Shown: piece after piece, positions 23,001 through 34,661 of the stretch
Layout of the letters: each line of letters starts with the position of its first letter
Position numbering within the stretch: position 1 is the stretch's first letter
Origin: a bacterium
GTDB taxonomy: Bacteria > JADJOY01
Direction: 5' to 3'
Length of the DNA: 52,370 nucleotides
NCBI GenBank assembly: GCA_046331705.1
Contig: JAXLQJ010000050.1
Coordinates: forward strand, 1-52,370
Notes under the pieces: generated by a model
Told to the model about the DNA's origin: nothing
Database searches by the model: none
Seen by the model: the letters and a program-made list of their open reading frames with translations, nothing else
Translations under genes and position numbers: made by a program

Positions 23001-23519
23001 GCGATCGCCGAAGATCCCGCGATAGCGTTCGAGCGTCTGCATCGCCGCCGCGCGCCCTTGATGCATCAGCTTGTGCGGCACCTCGGCGCCCAAGCATCCC
23101 GAGAGCACGATCAGCCCCTCGTTGTGCTTCTCCAGCAACGACATGTCGATGCGCGGCCGATAGTAGAAACCCTCGAGGTAACCGGTGGTCACCAGGCGGC
23201 AGAGGTTCGTGTACCCGGTGGCGTTCGAGGCGAGCACCGTGAGGTGATACGCGGCCTCGCCGATCCCGCCGGAGGTCTTCTCGAAACGGCTGCCGGGCGC
23301 CACGTACATCTCGCACCCGAGGATCGGCTTGAGCCCGCGCGCCTTCGCCTGCTCGTAGAAGCTGATCGCGCCGAACATGTTGCCGTGGTCGGTCATCCCC
23401 ACGGCCTTCGAGCCGTGCGCCACGACCTGATCCATCAGCTCGTCGTGACGGATCGCTCCGTCGAGCAAGCTGAACTCGGTGTGCAGGTGCAGATGGATGA
23501 AGTCGGGGCGCGTGCTCAT
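20052..23519 (-). CDS. dnaE: DNA polymerase III alpha subunit
   Basis: PHP domain HLHLHTEFSLLDGA and TDHGN; GPGRGSAAGS; MPDIDVDF; KFDFLGL; YGFNKSHSAAY; C-terminal OB fold. No intein seen. Confidence 0.98.
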   Translation of the reverse strand: MSTRPDFIHLHLHTEFSLLDGAIRHDELMDQVVAHGSKAVGMTDHGNMFGAISFYEQAKARGLKPILGCEMYVAPGSRFEKTSGGIGEAAYHLTVLASNATGYTNLCRLVTTGYLEGFYYRPRIDMSLLEKHNEGLIVLSGCLGAEVPHKLMHQGRAAAMQTLERYRGIFGDRYYLELQKNEVGEQQQVNEELLAMAKHTGVKLVATNDCHYLTREHASLHDVLLCIQTNATRDQANRFRFTGETFYVRSPEEMAELFSGVPQALASTVEIAERCDLELVFGKHQFPRFEPPPGQDLDDYVRAQAREGLERRLTRIAARSGNHTAAVEARYRERLEYELQVITGMKFSGYFLIVSDFIGYAKQRGIPVGPGRGSAAGSLVAYCLDITDIDPLRYDLLFERFLNPERKSMPDIDVDFCMDRRDEVIRYVTEKYGKDNVAQITTFGTMQAKAAVRDVGRALGFSFGETDRVAKLIPPTLGITIERALEDEPRLKQARDQDPRVRELIDTAKGLEGLTRHASTHAAGVVIGSRPLVEDLPLYKGPNDELITQFPMTHVEKIGLIKFDFLGLKTLTVMAQATERIRENRGIALDLAELALDDAPTYALLSDADTNGVFQLESSGIKDLLRRMKPSCFEDLIALVALYRPGPLESGMVDSYISRKHGLTEIAYDHPAMEEVLSGTYGVIVYQEQVMQIAQRLASFSMGKADGLRKAMGKKKPEEMAKLRAEFVSGSVANGIASELAGKIYDDIEKFAGYGFNKSHSAAYALIAYQTAYLKTHFRPEFMAALLTCDMDNTDKVTRYIAECRERKIPIGPPDVQRSERAFSVRGEQVWVGLGAIKNVGGSAVDSIIAARAAEGGFRGILHFLRVVDLGKVNRRVVEALIKAGAFDSLGVARGVLWASLDDLLELAVRERKAKESGQLGMFDALGGEDGAGKDSFRWPAVPDWDVDVRFSFERESLGFYVSGHPLERHRAAIAQLATSVTESLAECPNGEIVSLVGLITGKKEKLTKKGSRMAFLNVEDLTGTVEVIAFPEVLASAQGILEADEPVFIRGKVDAAEGGAKVIAEEIRCLAEAKGVGQVHVTLDGDRLPADGLRGLQSLLQANPGGCKVVLHLVRRGVSETVLELPKGRGVRPTEGLMRRLGEAQGAESVWVST

Positions 23520-23574
23520 GGCGAGGCCGTTCGCGCAGCGCGGGTCGCGACGCCGCTGCGGTGTCGTGCGCGGC

Positions 23575-25137
23575 TCATTCCCATTCGATCGTGCTGGGCG
23601 GCTTCGAGCTGATGTCGTACACGACGCGATTCACGCCCCGCACCTCGTTGATGATCCGGTTGGAGATGCGCGCCAAGAGCTCGCTCGGCAGCCGCGCCCA
23701 GTCGGCGGTCATGCCGTCCTGGCTCTCGACGCAGCGCACCGCGATCACCTCCTCGTAGGTGCGCTCGTCGCCCATGACCCCCACGCTGCGAACCGGCAGC
23801 AGCACCGCGAAGGCCTGCCACAGGTGGTCGTAGAGCCCGGCCTCGCGGATCTCGTCCTGGACGATCAGGTCCGCCTGGCGGAGCACGTCGAGCTTGGGGC
23901 GCGTGATCGGCCCGACGATGCGCACCGCCAAGCCCGGCCCCGGGAACGGCTGCCGCCGCACGATCTCCTCGGGAAGCCCCAGCTCCCGGCCCACCTCGCG
24001 CACCTCGTCCTTGAAGAGCTCGCGCAACGGCTCGACCAGCGCGAGCTTCATGCGCTCGGGGAGCCCGCCCACGTTGTGGTGGCTCTTGATGGTGGCCGAG
24101 GGACCGCGCTCGCTGACGCTCTCGATCACGTCGGGATAGAGCGTGCCCTGCGCGAGGAAGCCGACGTCCCCGATCCGCGCCGCCTCTTCCTCGAAGACCG
24201 AGATGAACTCGTAGCCGATGCGCTTGCGCTTGAGCTCGGGATCGGTGACGCCCTCCAGCACCCGCAGGAACCGATCGGCGGCGTCGACGCAGCGCACCGG
24301 CACGCGGAAATGGGTCTCGAAGAGGTCACGGACGCGCTCCGCCTCGTGCATGCGCAGGAGCCCGTTGTCGACGAAGATGCACGTCAATCGATCGCCGACG
24401 GCGCGGTGCAGCAGGAGCGCCACCACCGACGAGTCGACGCCGCCGGAGAGCGCCAGCACGATGCGGCCGTTGCCCACCTGCTCGCGCACGCCCTCGATGG
24501 CGCGCTCGGTGAACGAGCCCATCGTCCAGGTCGGCGCGAGGCCGCAGATGCGGAACACGAAGTTGTCGAGGATCGCGCGTCCCTGGGGCGTGTGCACGAC
24601 CTCCGGATGAAACTGGACGCCCACCCGGGTCGGGCCGGAGGTGCTCGCCATCGCGGCGAACGGCGAGCTCGCGCTCTTGGCCACCGACACGAACCCCGGC
24701 GGCATTCGTTCCACCCGATCGCCGTGGCTCATCCACACCTTGAGGCGCGAGCCGGCGTCGCCCAGCCCGTGGAAGAGATCACAGCCTCCATCCACCTCGA
24801 TCTCGGCCGAGCCGAACTCGCGATGCTGCGCCGGCTGCACCTCGCCGCCGAGCTGGTGCGCGAGCAGCTGCTGGCCGTAGCAGATGCCGAGGATCGGCAC
24901 GTCGAGGTCGAGGACGCGCCGATCGCAGAGCGGCGGCTCCCGCCCCGCGAGGCTCGCGGGACCGCCGGACAACACGATGCCGCGCGGCGCGAAGGCGCGG
25001 ATGGCCTCGAGCGAGCGGGAATAGGGCCAGATCTCGCAGTAGACGCGCGACTCGCGGATGCGGCGCGCGATGAGCTGCGTGTACTGCGCGCCGAAATCGA
25101 GGATCAACACGCGTTCCGATGGAAGTCCCTTGCTCAT
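23575..25137 (-). CDS. guaA: GMP synthase (glutamine-hydrolysing)
   Basis: [43 protein letters not shown]. Confidence 0.98.
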   Translation of the reverse strand: MSKGLPSERVLILDFGAQYTQLIARRIRESRVYCEIWPYSRSLEAIRAFAPRGIVLSGGPASLAGREPPLCDRRVLDLDVPILGICYGQQLLAHQLGGEVQPAQHREFGSAEIEVDGGCDLFHGLGDAGSRLKVWMSHGDRVERMPPGFVSVAKSASSPFAAMASTSGPTRVGVQFHPEVVHTPQGRAILDNFVFRICGLAPTWTMGSFTERAIEGVREQVGNGRIVLALSGGVDSSVVALLLHRAVGDRLTCIFVDNGLLRMHEAERVRDLFETHFRVPVRCVDAADRFLRVLEGVTDPELKRKRIGYEFISVFEEEAARIGDVGFLAQGTLYPDVIESVSERGPSATIKSHHNVGGLPERMKLALVEPLRELFKDEVREVGRELGLPEEIVRRQPFPGPGLAVRIVGPITRPKLDVLRQADLIVQDEIREAGLYDHLWQAFAVLLPVRSVGVMGDERTYEEVIAVRCVESQDGMTADWARLPSELLARISNRIINEVRGVNRVVYDISSKPPSTIEWE

Positions 25138-25207
25138 GGGTGTCGGTGGCTCGAGGTGCGGGAAAGGGGAATGCGAGCTCTCTGCGGTCGCGAGCGGCGC
25201 GACGCCG

Positions 25208-28196
<2,989 letters not shown>

Positions 28197-28255
28197 CCCT
28201 CTCCGGCGCCGCGGCGGGTGCCCGTACGACTACTAGATGTAGCGGTTCGGCGGCG

Positions 28256-28284
28256 AATGTATGGCAGGTGTTGGGGCGCGTCAA
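28256..28284 (-). promoter_or_regulatory. Sigma70-type promoter for gamma-CA-ppx-guaB-guaA(-dnaE)
   Basis: TTGACG (28284-28279), 17 nt, TACATT (28261-28256); near consensus in a very GC-rich background. Confidence 0.7.
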
Positions 28285-29285
28285 GCACGCGCTCGGGCGC
28301 CCCGAAACACGAAAACGAGCCCGCCGACGAGCGAGAAAACCAGCGACAGCGCGAACGCGGCGACGCTCACCGCGAGGGCCTCGGGCCGGCTCACGCCGAC
28401 CGCTCCGAGCAGCCGCACGAACACCACCTCGCGGGCGCCGATCCCGTTGATCGAGATCGGTAGCGTGAGCACCACCACCAGGACCGGGACCACCAGGAAG
28501 AAGTAGCTCGACGCGACCGGCACGCCGAGCGCCTTGCCGATCCACGCGTAGTGCAAGATCACGTTGAGCTGTAGCGCGAGCCCCAGTCCCAGCACGCGCA
28601 CCACCAGCGGCCAGTCGCCGCTCAGCGCGGCCGACGTCGCCAGCAGCCGGCGAGCGACCCCCGCCGCGCGCCGCCAGCGCCAGAGCCCCGGCAACGCCGC
28701 CTCCAGGCGCGCGGCGAGACGGGGCCCGTACGCCGCCAGCGTCGCCATCGCCGCGAAGCCCGCGAGCGTCGCGCCCCACAGCCCGAGCACCAGCATCGGC
28801 ATCGACGCGTACCAGCCGGCGGCGACACCGACGACGGCGCCGAGCAGGAGCAACGCCAGGATGCCGGTGCCACGCTCGATCGCGATCACCGCCACCGAGC
28901 GCGCCGCGCCCTCCGCCTCGTGGCGCGTGTCCCACGCGCGCACGGCGTCACCACCGAAACCGCTGGGCAACCAGGTGTTGAAGAAGAATCCGACCAGATA
29001 GGAAGCCGAGAGACGCACGATGGACACGCGCGCGCCGCCGGCGACCAGCAGCATGCGCCAGCGCACCGCGCTCAACCACACGCCGACCGCGTGCAACGCG
29101 AGCGCGCCGGCGAGCCAACCCGGCGACGCGTTGCGGAGCGCCGCCACCACTCCGCTCACGTCGGCGGGCCACACCCAGGCGATCAAGAGCGCGCTCACCG
29201 CGGCGCGCAGCAGCACCTTGAGGAGGCGATGGACGCGCGCCGTGCGAGCGGCGCCCGCCGCGTCGGAGCCTGGATTCGCGCTCAA
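28281..29285 (-). CDS. UPF0104 / lysylphosphatidylglycerol synthase TM (flippase-like) membrane protein
   Basis: AVRWRMLL, GFFFNTWLPSGFGGDAVR, IERGTG, LPISINGIGARE. Probable TTG start overlapping the upstream stop (TTGA). Confidence 0.88.
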   Translation of the reverse strand: MSANPGSDAAGAARTARVHRLLKVLLRAAVSALLIAWVWPADVSGVVAALRNASPGWLAGALALHAVGVWLSAVRWRMLLVAGGARVSIVRLSASYLVGFFFNTWLPSGFGGDAVRAWDTRHEAEGAARSVAVIAIERGTGILALLLLGAVVGVAAGWYASMPMLVLGLWGATLAGFAAMATLAAYGPRLAARLEAALPGLWRWRRAAGVARRLLATSAALSGDWPLVVRVLGLGLALQLNVILHYAWIGKALGVPVASSYFFLVVPVLVVVLTLPISINGIGAREVVFVRLLGAVGVSRPEALAVSVAAFALSLVFSLVGGLVFVFRGARARA

Positions 29286-30085
29286 CTCGCGCCGCGCACC
29301 GCGCGCAGCACCAGCGCGTATCCCGAGAGCGGCGGGCACAGCCGATCGAGCAACGCAACCGCGCGAAACACCGGATAGACGAGCGCGTAGAGCTTGAGCT
29401 GCTTGCGATGCCGCGCGAACTCGGCCTCGCTCTGCGGCGAGATGTGGCCGTCGCGCTGGCTCGAAGCGGTGCGCTGCTTGCGACGGCCCAGCCACACGAA
29501 CGCGGCGTTGATCGCCATCTCCAGCGCTTCCGTGAAGAAGAACGCGTAGGTCGCGCGATCCAGCACGCGATAGCCGCGGCGCGCCAGGCGCTGCTCGAGA
29601 TCCGCGAGGCGATAGCCCTCGCGCACGTGTCCGTACTGATCGAGCGTCAGCCCGACACGCGGCTTGAGCCAGTTGAGGAAGCCGCCCTCGGTGGGAGTCG
29701 ACAGGTAGAGCGTGCCGCCTTTCGCGAGGACCCGATCCACCTCGTCGAGGCAGCGCTCGTCGTCCTGGACGTGCTCGAGGTAGTCGAGCACCACCACGCC
29801 GTCGAAGGCGCCCTCTCGAAACGGCAATCCCTCGGCGCCGAACTGGACCGTGCCGTCGCCGAGCAGCTTGCGCGCCGCGGAGACGTTCCCGTAGTCGAGA
29901 TCGACGTGGGTCCAGCGCCCGCCGCGCTTGCGCAGGAAGTACGAGATGGTTCCCTTGGCGCAGCCGATCTCCAGACAGCGATGGTGCGCGCCCTGCGGGA
30001 TGAGCCCGTCGAGCAGCGCGACCTTTTCCTTCTTCTTGAGGGACTTCTCGTAGAGCGCGAGCTGCCAGGGGGCCGAGGCGTCCAT
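29282..30085 (-). CDS. Class I SAM-dependent methyltransferase
   Basis: Motif I CLEIGCAKG; LPFREGAFDGVV; LEHVQDD; GGTLYLSTP; GHVREGY. Confidence 0.9.
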   Translation of the reverse strand: MDASAPWQLALYEKSLKKKEKVALLDGLIPQGAHHRCLEIGCAKGTISYFLRKRGGRWTHVDLDYGNVSAARKLLGDGTVQFGAEGLPFREGAFDGVVVLDYLEHVQDDERCLDEVDRVLAKGGTLYLSTPTEGGFLNWLKPRVGLTLDQYGHVREGYRLADLEQRLARRGYRVLDRATYAFFFTEALEMAINAAFVWLGRRKQRTASSQRDGHISPQSEAEFARHRKQLKLYALVYPVFRAVALLDRLCPPLSGYALVLRAVRGAS

Positions 30086-30173
30086 GGGTGAGGAGGGCGA
30101 GACGCGACGCGCGGAACCGAGGGGATCGGGGATGGGTTCGCCGCGGCGTCGTCAGCGCGACGCGCGCAGCCGG

Positions 30174-31367
30174 TCAGAGCGAACGCAGGATCGAGAACTT
30201 GATGACGGTGTCACCGACGCGCACGCGGTCGCCATCCTTGAGCTCGACGGACTCCTCGACACGCTTACCGTTCACGTAGGTGCCGTTGGCGCTGGTCAGG
30301 TCGCGCAGGATCGGCGTGTAGCCGCCGATGAGCTCGATCTCGGCGTGTCGACGCGAGACCTTCGCGTCCTTGAGCACCACGTTCGCATCGCCGCGGCCGA
30401 GCACGACGCGCTCGCGCGAGAACTCGTACGAGCGGTCTTGGTCCTCGCCCTCGATCACGTCGAGGTAGATCTTGGTCTCGTGGAAGCCTTGCGGAGCGGC
30501 CTCCTCGTCGGACTTCTCGGCGGGGAACGAATCCACCAGGCCGGAGCGCAGCAGCGCCTCGACGCCGTCGGGCGGAGCCTCCAGCTCGAGGACGGTCGTT
30601 CCCACCCGGATGCGATCCCCGGACACCAAGCGCACGGCCTGCGTGATCCGCGTCTCGTTGACGAACGTGCCGTTCGTCGAGCCCAGGTCGCGCACGTAGA
30701 AGCCCAAGGTGTCGAGCTCGCGGCGCACGCTGAACTCGCAATGCTGGCGCGAGCTGCGCAGGTCGTTGATGACGATGTCCACCTCGCCACGCCCCATGGT
30801 GAGCGTGGGGCGGTCCATCGGATACACCGTCCCCTGCTCACGGCCTTCGAGGGCGCGGAAGCACACGGCGGGCGCCCCCGCGCGCGCCGCCCCGACCTGC
30901 GCGCCGACCGGTGCCGTGGGCGCGCCCTGGACGCCGGCTCCCGGCGCTTGGGCCGCGGGCGCATCGACCGCGGCGTGCACCATCCCGGCGCGGATGCTGA
31001 CCGTGTCCGACACGAAGCCCGCGCCGCAGGCACCGCAATTCACCACCATGAGGCTGCCGTCGTCGACGGCGGGCACCTTCACGCGCATCGACACGTCGCA
31101 GGAGGGGCAAGGCAGCTCCACCACTTCCGCCCGGCGACTCTCGAGCTTCTCGACCAGACCGAAATGCTGGCTGTCGATCCAGCGCTGGATCGACGCGGCC
31201 TCGCCGAGATCGGGGCCGCGCAGGTAGCGGCTGACCTCGTTCACGGTCTCGCCGTCTTGCTGCACGAGCGTGGTGATCACCGAACGCGGCAAGGTGCTCG
31301 CGTCCGTGAGCACGAGGAAGCGGCCGACCTTGGTGATGCGCTTGGTGTGCAACGCGGGGGTCGTCAT
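30174..31367 (-). CDS. Protein with an uncharacterised N-terminal domain, a Zn-ribbon and two FHA domains
   Basis: CPSC...CGAC; FHA1 GRG...SSRQH...DLGSTNGTFVN; FHA2 GRG...VSRRH...DLTSANGTYVNG; ATG at 31367. Confidence 0.88.
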   Translation of the reverse strand: MTTPALHTKRITKVGRFLVLTDASTLPRSVITTLVQQDGETVNEVSRYLRGPDLGEAASIQRWIDSQHFGLVEKLESRRAEVVELPCPSCDVSMRVKVPAVDDGSLMVVNCGACGAGFVSDTVSIRAGMVHAAVDAPAAQAPGAGVQGAPTAPVGAQVGAARAGAPAVCFRALEGREQGTVYPMDRPTLTMGRGEVDIVINDLRSSRQHCEFSVRRELDTLGFYVRDLGSTNGTFVNETRITQAVRLVSGDRIRVGTTVLELEAPPDGVEALLRSGLVDSFPAEKSDEEAAPQGFHETKIYLDVIEGEDQDRSYEFSRERVVLGRGDANVVLKDAKVSRRHAEIELIGGYTPILRDLTSANGTYVNGKRVEESVELKDGDRVRVGDTVIKFSILRSL

Positions 31368-31430
31368 GGCGCCAGCGTGGCTCTCGAATCGTTCCGGTGA
31401 GGGAGCGCACTCGACCGCGGAAGAGCCGCA

Positions 31431-31460
31431 GTCATAGCCCTCCCCGCCAAACCGTGTCAA
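31431..31460 (-). promoter_or_regulatory. Putative sigma70 promoter of the FHA-methyltransferase-flippase unit
   Basis: Consensus TTGACA (31460-31455), 18 nt, TATGAC (31436-31431). Confidence 0.55.
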
Positions 31461-31471
31461 CGCGACGCGAC

Positions 31472-31498
31472 GCTCGGCGCAGGCTCGGCGCAGGCTCG
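31472..31498. repeat. 11-bp tandem direct repeat GCTCGGCGCAG, about 2.5 copies
   Basis: Exact copies at 31472-31482 and 31483-31493 plus partial GCTCG at 31494-31498, just upstream of the -35 element. Confidence 0.75.
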
Positions 31499-31528
31499 CA
31501 CGCGCGCCAGCACGGCCGATCCGCGCCG

Positions 31529-32953
31529 CTACTCGTGCTCGACGTCGAGGTCGAGCGGATCGTCGATCGCCGGCTCGAACGCGGGCTCTTGCTCGGCCTC
31601 CGCCGCACCCGCCTTGCTGCCGCGGGTGCGGGCGCGAACGTCGATCCAGAGCGGGCTGCCCTCGAAGCCGAACGCGTCGCGCAGGCGCCGCGCGAGGTAT
31701 CGCTTGTAGTTCACCGAGATCGACTGCGGCCGGTTGGAGAAGAGCAAGAAGCGCGGCGGCAGGTGACCGCGCTGCACGCCGTAATAAATGCGCACCGGAC
31801 GGCGGCCTTCGAGGGGCGGCGGGTTGCGATCCACGGCTTCCCGCAACACGCGGTTGAGCTCGCTGGTCGAGATCGTCTTCGACGCCTCGGCGTAGAGCCG
31901 ATCCACCAGCGCGAAGAGCCGTTGCACGCGCTGGCCGGTCTTGGCCGAGAGCGTCACGATGGGCGCGTGCTCGAGGAGCCCGAGGCGCTTGCGCACCTCG
32001 CGCTGCCACGCCTCCGGGTTCTCGGGCTTGGGCTCGACCAGATCCCATTTGTTGATCACCAACGCGACCGCGGTGCCACGCTCCTCGGCGAAGCCCGCGA
32101 CCCGCACGTCGCCCGCGGTGACTCCATCGATGGCATCCAGCAGCACCAGCGCGACCTGGCAGCGCTCGATCGCGCGGAACGCGAGCGTCACGCCGATCGA
32201 CTCGGCGGCGAGCGCCGAGGACTTGTGCCGTCGGATCCCGGCGGTGTCCACGAACAGGTACGAACGGCCCTCGTACTGGATGAGCGTGTCGACGGGATCG
32301 ATGGTGGTGCCCGGCCTGGAATCGACCAGCGCCCGCTCGAGCCCCGCCAAGCGGTTGAGCAAGCTCGACTTGCCGACGTTGGGGCGCCCCACGATGGCGA
32401 CGCGGATCACGTCGGCCGGCAGCTCGGTGGGCGGCGCAGGCGGCGCGGGCACCAGCGCCAGCACCGCCTCGACGGCGTCCTCCACGCCGACCCCGTGCTC
32501 CGCGCTGATGGGGATGAGCGGGTCGAGCCCGAGCGTCGTCAGCTCGCTCAGCCAGTCGAGCTGGCTCGACGAATCGACCTTGTTCGCGACGTACACCACC
32601 GGCTTGCCCGTGCGTCGCACCAGCTCCACCACCTCGCGGTCGGCGGTGGTGAGGCCCTCGCGGGCGTCGAGCAAGCACAGGATCACGTCGGCCTCGACGA
32701 TCGCGGCGCGCGTCTGCTTCTCGAGGAGCGGGATCCAATGCTGGGTGGCGGCGCGATCCAGGCCGCCGGTATCCACGACGCGAAATCGCCGCCCGAGCCA
32801 TTCCGCCTCGTCGTAGTTCCGGTCGCGGGTGAGGCCGGGCATCGGCGCCACCGCCGCCTTGCGACGTCCCACCAGTCGATTGAAGAGCGTCGACTTGCCG
32901 ACGTTCGGGCGGCCGACCAGCGCCACCAAGGGCAACGTCTCCGCGCCGCTCAC
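31529..32953 (-). CDS. der: Ribosome biogenesis GTPase Der (EngA)
   Basis: Two G domains (GRPNVGKS twice, DTGG/DTAG, NKVD/NKWD) and a KH-like C-terminus (FGFEGSP); GTGA overlap with era. Confidence 0.97.
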   Translation of the reverse strand: MSGAETLPLVALVGRPNVGKSTLFNRLVGRRKAAVAPMPGLTRDRNYDEAEWLGRRFRVVDTGGLDRAATQHWIPLLEKQTRAAIVEADVILCLLDAREGLTTADREVVELVRRTGKPVVYVANKVDSSSQLDWLSELTTLGLDPLIPISAEHGVGVEDAVEAVLALVPAPPAPPTELPADVIRVAIVGRPNVGKSSLLNRLAGLERALVDSRPGTTIDPVDTLIQYEGRSYLFVDTAGIRRHKSSALAAESIGVTLAFRAIERCQVALVLLDAIDGVTAGDVRVAGFAEERGTAVALVINKWDLVEPKPENPEAWQREVRKRLGLLEHAPIVTLSAKTGQRVQRLFALVDRLYAEASKTISTSELNRVLREAVDRNPPPLEGRRPVRIYYGVQRGHLPPRFLLFSNRPQSISVNYKRYLARRLRDAFGFEGSPLWIDVRARTRGSKAGAAEAEQEPAFEPAIDDPLDLDVEHE

Positions 32954-33873
32954 TCGCCGGCCTCGCTGCCCGGGTCGGGATAGCCGAAGCGATCGAGCGC
33001 GCGCCCGCTGCGCGTCCAGTTCTCGGCGGTCTCCACGTTGAGCTTGAGGTGCACCGGACAGCCGAAACGGCGCACGAGCGCCTTGCGGGCCGCCGTCCCG
33101 ATCTCGCGCACCTTGTGTCCGCCCTTGCCCACCAGCATCCCCTGCTGGCTCTTGCGATCGACGAGGATCGACGCAGCGATCACGACGTCGCCCGGTTCGG
33201 CACGCTCCTCCCACCCATCGATCTTCACCGCGACGCTGAACGGGATCTCCTGGCCGGTACGTTCCATCACCTCCGCGCGGATCAGCTCGGCGGCGAGGAA
33301 CGAATCCGGCAGGTCGGTGACCAGCCCCTCGGGGAAATAGGGCGGACCTTCGGGCATGAGCCGTTCGAGCGCCGCGACCAGCTCGGTGACCCCCGAGCCC
33401 GTCGCCGCCGAGATCGGGTGGATCGACACGAACCGCGCGAGACGGTCGTACTCGGCGATGCGCGGCAGAAGCTCGGGTTTCTCCACGAGATCGACCTTGT
33501 TGAGCGCGAGCACCAGCGGCCGCGAGCCCGCGCGCCGCACGATCTCGGTTTCCGCCGATCCTGGCCCCCGCTGCCCGTCGGCGACCACCAGCACCACGTC
33601 GCAGTCGGCGATCGCCGCGTGCGCCGTCGCGAGCATGCGCTTGCCGAGCTCGCGCTCGGGCTTGTGCAGCCCGGGAGTGTCCACGAAGACGATCTGGCCG
33701 CCCTCGAAGTGGTGCGCGCCGAGGATGCGGGTGCGCGTGGTCTGCGGCTTGCGCGAGACGATCGCGACGTGCGTCCCCAGGATGCGGTTGAGGAGCGTCG
33801 ACTTCCCGACGTTGGTCCGTCCCGCCAGCGTGACGAAGCCAGATCGATGCGAGCGGCTGTCGCCGGCGTTCAC
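32950..33873 (-). CDS. era: GTPase Era
   Basis: SGFVTLAGRTNVGKSTLLN, KPQTTR, DTPG, NKVD; KH domain with VGKGG. Confidence 0.97.
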   Translation of the reverse strand: MNAGDSRSHRSGFVTLAGRTNVGKSTLLNRILGTHVAIVSRKPQTTRTRILGAHHFEGGQIVFVDTPGLHKPERELGKRMLATAHAAIADCDVVLVVADGQRGPGSAETEIVRRAGSRPLVLALNKVDLVEKPELLPRIAEYDRLARFVSIHPISAATGSGVTELVAALERLMPEGPPYFPEGLVTDLPDSFLAAELIRAEVMERTGQEIPFSVAVKIDGWEERAEPGDVVIAASILVDRKSQQGMLVGKGGHKVREIGTAARKALVRRFGCPVHLKLNVETAENWTRSGRALDRFGYPDPGSEAGE

Positions 33874-34661
33874 GGATCACCTCCCTCGGGCGTGGTCCGC
33901 GCGGCGCGCTCGCCCGCGGCCGACGCCCCGAATCCGCCCCGCGAGCGCGCGCTCTCGAGCGCGTCCCACGCGGCCATCTGCTCCGCTTCCTTCTTGCTGC
34001 GGCCGCGCCCGCGCCCCAGCACCTCGCCGCCCGCCTCGACCTCGACCTCGAAGATCTTCTCGTGGTCCGGTCCCGACTCGCTCACGCCTCGATAGGTGGG
34101 CGTCTCGCGGAGCTCTTCCTGGCAACGCTCCTGGAGCTGCGTCTTGTGGTCCGCCAGCGCCTCGCCCGCCTGGAGGCGCGCGTAGGGCTCCGCGATCAGA
34201 CGCCGCACCACCGCGCTCGCGGCATCGAAGCCGGCGTCCACGAACACCGCGCCGATGAGCGCTTCGAGCACGTTGGCCAGGATCGAGGCTTTGCCGCGGC
34301 CACCCGTCGCCTCCTCGCCCTTGCCCAGCCGGATGCGGCTCTCGAGCCCCAGCCGCAGCGCCGTCTCCGCGAGCGTGGTCGTGCTCACCAGGTAGGCGCG
34401 CTTGCGCGACAGATCGCCCTCCCGCGAGTCGGGAAAATCCCCGAACAACACGGCGCTCACGACCAGATCGAGGACCGCGTCGCCCAGGAACTCGAGTCGT
34501 TCGTTGTCGCCGCTGGGAGCCGCGACGCGAAGCGAGCGGTGGGTGAGCGCCTGCTCGAGCAGCTCCGGCGCGGCGAATCGGTGGCCGAGCGATCCCTCGA
34601 CGTCGCAGCGCGAGCCCACCTCGGCCGTGGCCAGCGGCGCGTCGCCGCTCGTCTCGCTCAC
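33870..34661 (-). CDS. rnc: Ribonuclease III
   Basis: ALTHRS, NERLEFLGDAVL, EALIGA; dsRBD with KTQLQE, GPDHEK, SKKEAEQ; GTG at 34661. Confidence 0.97.
   Translation of the reverse strand: MSETSGDAPLATAEVGSRCDVEGSLGHRFAAPELLEQALTHRSLRVAAPSGDNERLEFLGDAVLDLVVSAVLFGDFPDSREGDLSRKRAYLVSTTTLAETALRLGLESRIRLGKGEEATGGRGKASILANVLEALIGAVFVDAGFDAASAVVRRLIAEPYARLQAGEALADHKTQLQERCQEELRETPTYRGVSESGPDHEKIFEVEVEAGGEVLGRGRGRSKKEAEQMAAWDALESARSRGGFGASAAGERAARTTPEGGDP

Noticed and set aside
19869..23612. 1247-aa plus-strand ORF, and similar ones at 2095-4743, 45379-47658 and 48364-51216
   Set aside because: Antisense shadows of dnaE, nuoM/L, glmM and ftsH. High-GC codon bias removes stops; the translations carry no recognisable motifs.
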